Assembly: GCA_964016885.1 (NCBI GenBank)
Contig: CAXHJY010000401.1
Coordinates: forward strand, 186,001 to 250,000
Length of the DNA: 64,000 nt
Direction: 5' to 3'
Source of the DNA: Eledone cirrhosa
Lineage: Eukaryota
Both the position numbers and the translations under genes were made by a program. Of the stretch, positions 59,945 to 64,000 are shown piece after piece; position 1 is the stretch's first letter, and every line of letters starts with the position of its first letter. The notes below the pieces were generated by a model, which made no database searches, was not told the DNA's origin, and was given only the letters and a program-made list of their open reading frames with translations.

Positions 59945-60506
59945 AAGTGTGTGAATTTATATATATATTATATATATATATATATTAATGTGTATATATA
60001 TTAAGGAGTATATATATATATATATATGCACACGCACATATATATAATACACACAAATATTAATATAAATAAATTTAGCTTACTTTATTATAAATCTGTG
60101 TGTGTGTGTGTGTGTGAGTGTGTGTGTGTGTGTTGAACAGAACATAGTTAGAACGCGGTGCATCTAGATATTTCTGTAACTATTTAGTTTCTCATCTGAT
60201 GTTCAACAGAATGTAATAACCCGTTCAGCCACGTAAAATATAGTATTTGTTGATATCACCTGAGGTGGGTTTTAAAATTTACCAGTTGTATTAAAAATAC
60301 GTAAATATTCACAATAGAACGCGTTGGAATTGTGCAGAGAAGATTGTCTAAACAGCTCCTCCTTGGTTCCCAGTAATTCCAATTGGTGATTCATGGTTCC
60401 GTTTAAGTGTCCATTAACAACGATAGCTATTAAACTAATAGTTCTTTGAATTTCAACCAAATTCTAATGTTCCAGCCTGCTCTCTCTCTCTCTCTGTCTC
60501 CGTCTC

Positions 60507-60574
<68 letters not shown>

Positions 60575-60817
60575 CACGGCATTTCCTGAAGAATGACATG
60601 TCCGAAGCTCCGATACTTCCTCCTAAGCGCGATACTAATAGGTCTGCGTTCTTGCATCTGTTTGTTTGTGTTGTAATTTCTTTAACTATATATATATATA
60701 TATATATATACATACATACATATATTTGTATGCATGTATATATATATATATAGAGAGAGAGAGAGATATATAGATATATCAAAAATATAATTATTTTGTG
60801 TTGTTTATTATATAATT

Positions 60818-60857
<40 letters not shown>

Positions 60858-60959
60858 CCACTGACTAGCTCAAGGTTCGATCTGTATCGATCTGACCTGA
60901 CTCTGTAATCCACGGCTCGTCAGACCCCTTGTCATGGAAGAATGAATACATGCTGTATG

Positions 60960-61019
<60 letters not shown>

Positions 61020-61022
<3 letters not shown>

Positions 61023-61346
61023 AGTATATGTTGGTTGTATACCAACACCTAGTATGCAGATTGGAGCACCCGATGAAGTGCACAGGTTGGTTTGGTTACT
61101 CCTGAGTAATGGAAAATAAAATAAAATAAAATAAATAAGTCAAATGTTTAAAATTTGGCTTCGTTTATTACTGTTATATATATTTCGGTGACAGCCATCT
61201 TTGGCTGTGACGTCTTCAGGCAGTCCGAATTCGGACTGCCAGAAGAGGTCACAGCCAAAGATGGCTGTCACCGAAATATATATAACAGTAATAAACGAAG
61301 CCAAATTTTAAACATTTGACTTATTTATTTTATTTTATTTAATTTT
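61020..61346 (-). mobile_element. Fold-back element, family D (palindrome ~61113-61346; hammerheads 61170-61224 - and 61235-61289 +)
   Basis: Centre GAATTC; ACTGC-C(T/A)GAAGA..ACAGCCA aaga TGGCTGT..ACC-GAAA-TATATA-TA-ACAGT. Confidence 0.8.
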
Positions 61347-61361
61347 ATTTTATATATATTT

Positions 61362-61420
<59 letters not shown>

Positions 61421-61717
61421 AAAGGTTAATTAGTCTCTAATACCTAAACATATCAAAGAGAGAAATCTCTCAGAGAAGCAATATTTTATTTTAAAATTAA
61501 ATGAGAAAATGTTTCTAATTTTGGGAGTATTAACCAGCCAGACGGAAAGTTCGCTGACATATAGAGCTCCCTACCATGGTTTCATGTGGGGAAGAATTAT
61601 TGGTACCACCAATGATTGAAGAATCTGCCATACTCTTCAGGGGAGTTTAATTCTTCAAGTCAAAGAGAATTGGAACAGATATACCACATACTGTTTCCAA
61701 AGCCGAGGCAACATGTT

Positions 61718-62155
61718 GATATAATTGTTTCTACTTTTGGCACAAGGCCAGCAATTACCCCAGTGCGTGACTGGTACTTTATTTTATCGACCCCGTAAGG
61801 ATGAAAGGCAAAGTTAACCTTTGAACTCAGAACGCAAAGGGCCACAACTCTCTACTCCAAAGCATGGTGTCCTACGCTCTACCGATACTGCCAATCCACA
61901 TGTTGATATAATAACACATGTAGTGATATCTTTTTAAATCTCTTAAGATATTATCACTACATGACATGGCGGTTAATTGGCAGTATCGGTAGAGGGTCGG
62001 ACGCCATGCTTTACAGCATAGAGTTACGGCCCTTTATGTTCTGAGTTCAAATCCCGCCGAGGTTAACTTTGCCTTTCATCCTTACGGGGTCGATAAAATA
62101 AAGTACCAGTAATGCACTGGGGTAATTGCTGGCCTTGTGCCAAACGTAGAAACAG
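61718..62155. mobile_element. Inverted (head-to-head) pair of tRNA-SINEs around a small hairpin (61917-61963)
   Basis: 61718-61895(-) and 61978-62155(+); spacer CATGTAGTGATA..TATCACTACATG. Confidence 0.8.
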
Positions 62156-62875
62156 TTATCTCTACATGACAGGCTTATAATGTCGCTAGAAATAGCAGCT
62201 TATAGACCGCCTGGTACAACTCGACAACGAAGGAGTTTAATACTAATTAAGGGTTAATTAGTCTCTAATAAGCAAATCTCTCAATGAGAGAAATCTCTGA
62301 GAAGGAATATTATAAATTTAAATTAATGTGTAGCTGTGCGTGTCTGTATGTATTCGTGTGTGTGTGTGTATATCTGTGTCTATGTATTCGTGTGTGTGTG
62401 TGTGTATCTCTGTGTCTGTATGTATTCGTGTGTCTGTGTGTATGTGTGTGTGTATCTGTGTGTATCCGTATGTGTCTGTATGTATCTGTGTGTGTGTGTG
62501 TGTGTATGTATCTGTGTGTGTGAGTGTGTATGTATCTGTGTATGTATCTGTGTGTGTGTGTGTATGTATCTGTGTGTGTCTGTATGTATATGTATGTATG
62601 TATGTGTGTGTGTGTGTGACTGTGTACATGTATGTATAATGTGTGTGTCTATATTGTGTGTATATAAACATATATACAGTGTTGTTTTATTTGCATCAGT
62701 TGTTATGTCAACAGTAAAGACTCCCTTGGTAGATTCACAGCATAACAACTCCAGCACCAACAGTTTTGCAAGAGATGTCAACACGAATGGACCTGTTATT
62801 TTTATCTAAAGACATTTTTTTTTCCAATTCCAACCCGCCCGTCCCCTCAATCTATTTTATATCTCCTTCTTTCTT

Positions 62876-62989
62876 CTGATGAAGGACTAGCGTTCGAAAC
62901 GTTAAAACCCTCCTCCTGCTATATCAAGCGTTAACCTAATATATCCCTTCCATATACTGTACCGATTGTGTTGATATTTCTGTTTACCT

Positions 62990-62995
<6 letters not shown>
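62876..62995 (+). mobile_element. Minimal hammerhead core (62876-62904) plus family tail
   Basis: CTGATGA-A-GGAC tagc GTTC-GAAAC-GTTA; the tail TTCCATATACTGTAC..TTCTGTTTACC also occurs at 34407-34453 and 52057-52100. Confidence 0.6.
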
Positions 62996-63038
<43 letters not shown>

Positions 63039-63134
63039 GTGTGTGAATATATACATATATACACATACTGAGAAACACGTACATATATAGATGAAAATAA
63101 AATTAGAATTTTATTTCTCGCCTACTCGCATAAT

Positions 63135-63179
<45 letters not shown>

Positions 63180-63186
<7 letters not shown>

Positions 63187-63415
63187 TAACAGAGTAAAGT
63201 TTAAGCAAAGAATTGCTGCTTTCACCCTTAACGGGATCTTCTGAAACTCCTGAGTTTCAGAAGATCCCGTTAAGGGTGAAAGCAGCGATTCTTTGCTTAA
63301 ACTTTAATCTGTTATTTTAATAAATATTTGCTCTACGGTTCTTATATATTTGATATATATTTATCCTTATCGAGCCCTCTTTGGATTTTAGTCTTCAAAT
63401 TTATTATTATTACTA
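63180..63415 (+). mobile_element. Fold-back element, family E (palindrome 63180-63321)
   Basis: AGTTT-CAGAAGA-TCCC gtta AGGGT-GAAA-GCA..TGC-TT-AAACT at 63253-63303(+) and 63198-63248(-). Confidence 0.78.
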
Positions 63416-63479
63416 TATATATATATATATATATATAAATTCAAAATATTAACAAAATAGATATTCTTGTGATCAATTA

Positions 63480-63546
63480 TATTTTATTATACATATTTCA
63501 GAGGTACTGAGTTAAGTTCAACAGTACGTCCTCATCAGATAAAATA
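63480..63546 (-). ncRNA. Hammerhead ribozyme, family A
   Basis: TATTTTAT-CTGATGA-GGA-CGTACTG..CAGTAC-CTCT-GAAA-TATG-TA-taATAAAATA. Confidence 0.72.
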
Positions 63547-63630
63547 AGATGATACATGACATTTCCTTGTTGAGTGCTTCCAATCTATTGTAAAACTCAT
63601 TCTTTGATGTATTCATTGAATATTGTTTAA

Positions 63631-63697
<67 letters not shown>

Positions 63698-63708
63698 TTA
63701 TATATATA

Positions 63709-63851
63709 TTTAGTTAAGTAATAAACAACATAAGATAATTATTTCATTTAAAATGAAATAATTATCTTACGTTGGTTATTACATAACTAAAAAGCTCTGT
63801 AGCCTACATAGAGCACTCTGTTTTCCTGTAACTTTCCTACGAAAATACCTC

Positions 63852-63855
<4 letters not shown>
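63709..63855 (+). mobile_element. Short fold-back with 3'-half hammerhead and GCTC..GAGCAC hairpin
   Basis: Inverted repeat 63709-63791 containing GAAA-TAATTA-TC; hairpin at 63794-63816. Confidence 0.6.
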
Positions 63856-63901
<46 letters not shown>

Positions 63902-64000
63902 CATATATAGAAACGAAGTCGAATGTAGATGACTATCGGTGTGAGTGAGGTGCGGGAGCCGGTAGGAAACACCTGTGCTAGATAGGTGGAGTGTAATTAA

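Noticed and set aside
60130-60480. Unique-looking stretch as a possible exon
   Set aside because: No recognisable protein motif or Wnt similarity; only a 62-aa ORF

Overview
Eukaryotic, extremely microsatellite-rich DNA ((TA)n, (CA)n, (TTC)n, (CCTA)n). Its composition and SINE content suggest an octopus or other coleoid cephalopod genome; this is an inference. The only credible host coding sequence is one internal Wnt exon (6912-7144, +), most like Wnt11. No further Wnt exon is recognisable downstream, so the rest of the window is probably one very large intron. It holds tRNA-derived SINEs, RTE-type LINE fragments and about 10 minisatellite/satellite arrays, two of which derive from transposon pieces. 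The main unexplained structure is a dense set of short (100-400 bp) non-coding elements embedded in (TA)n tracts. They carry about 30 type-I hammerhead-ribozyme motifs from more than 10 sequence families and often form fold-back palindromes. Many share a downstream ACTC..GAGTRC hairpin, and the inverted arm stops just before it. This looks like the footprint of microsatellite-targeting Penelope-like retroelements with a shared 3' RNA signal. Nearly all ORFs in the supplied track are microsatellite artefacts.
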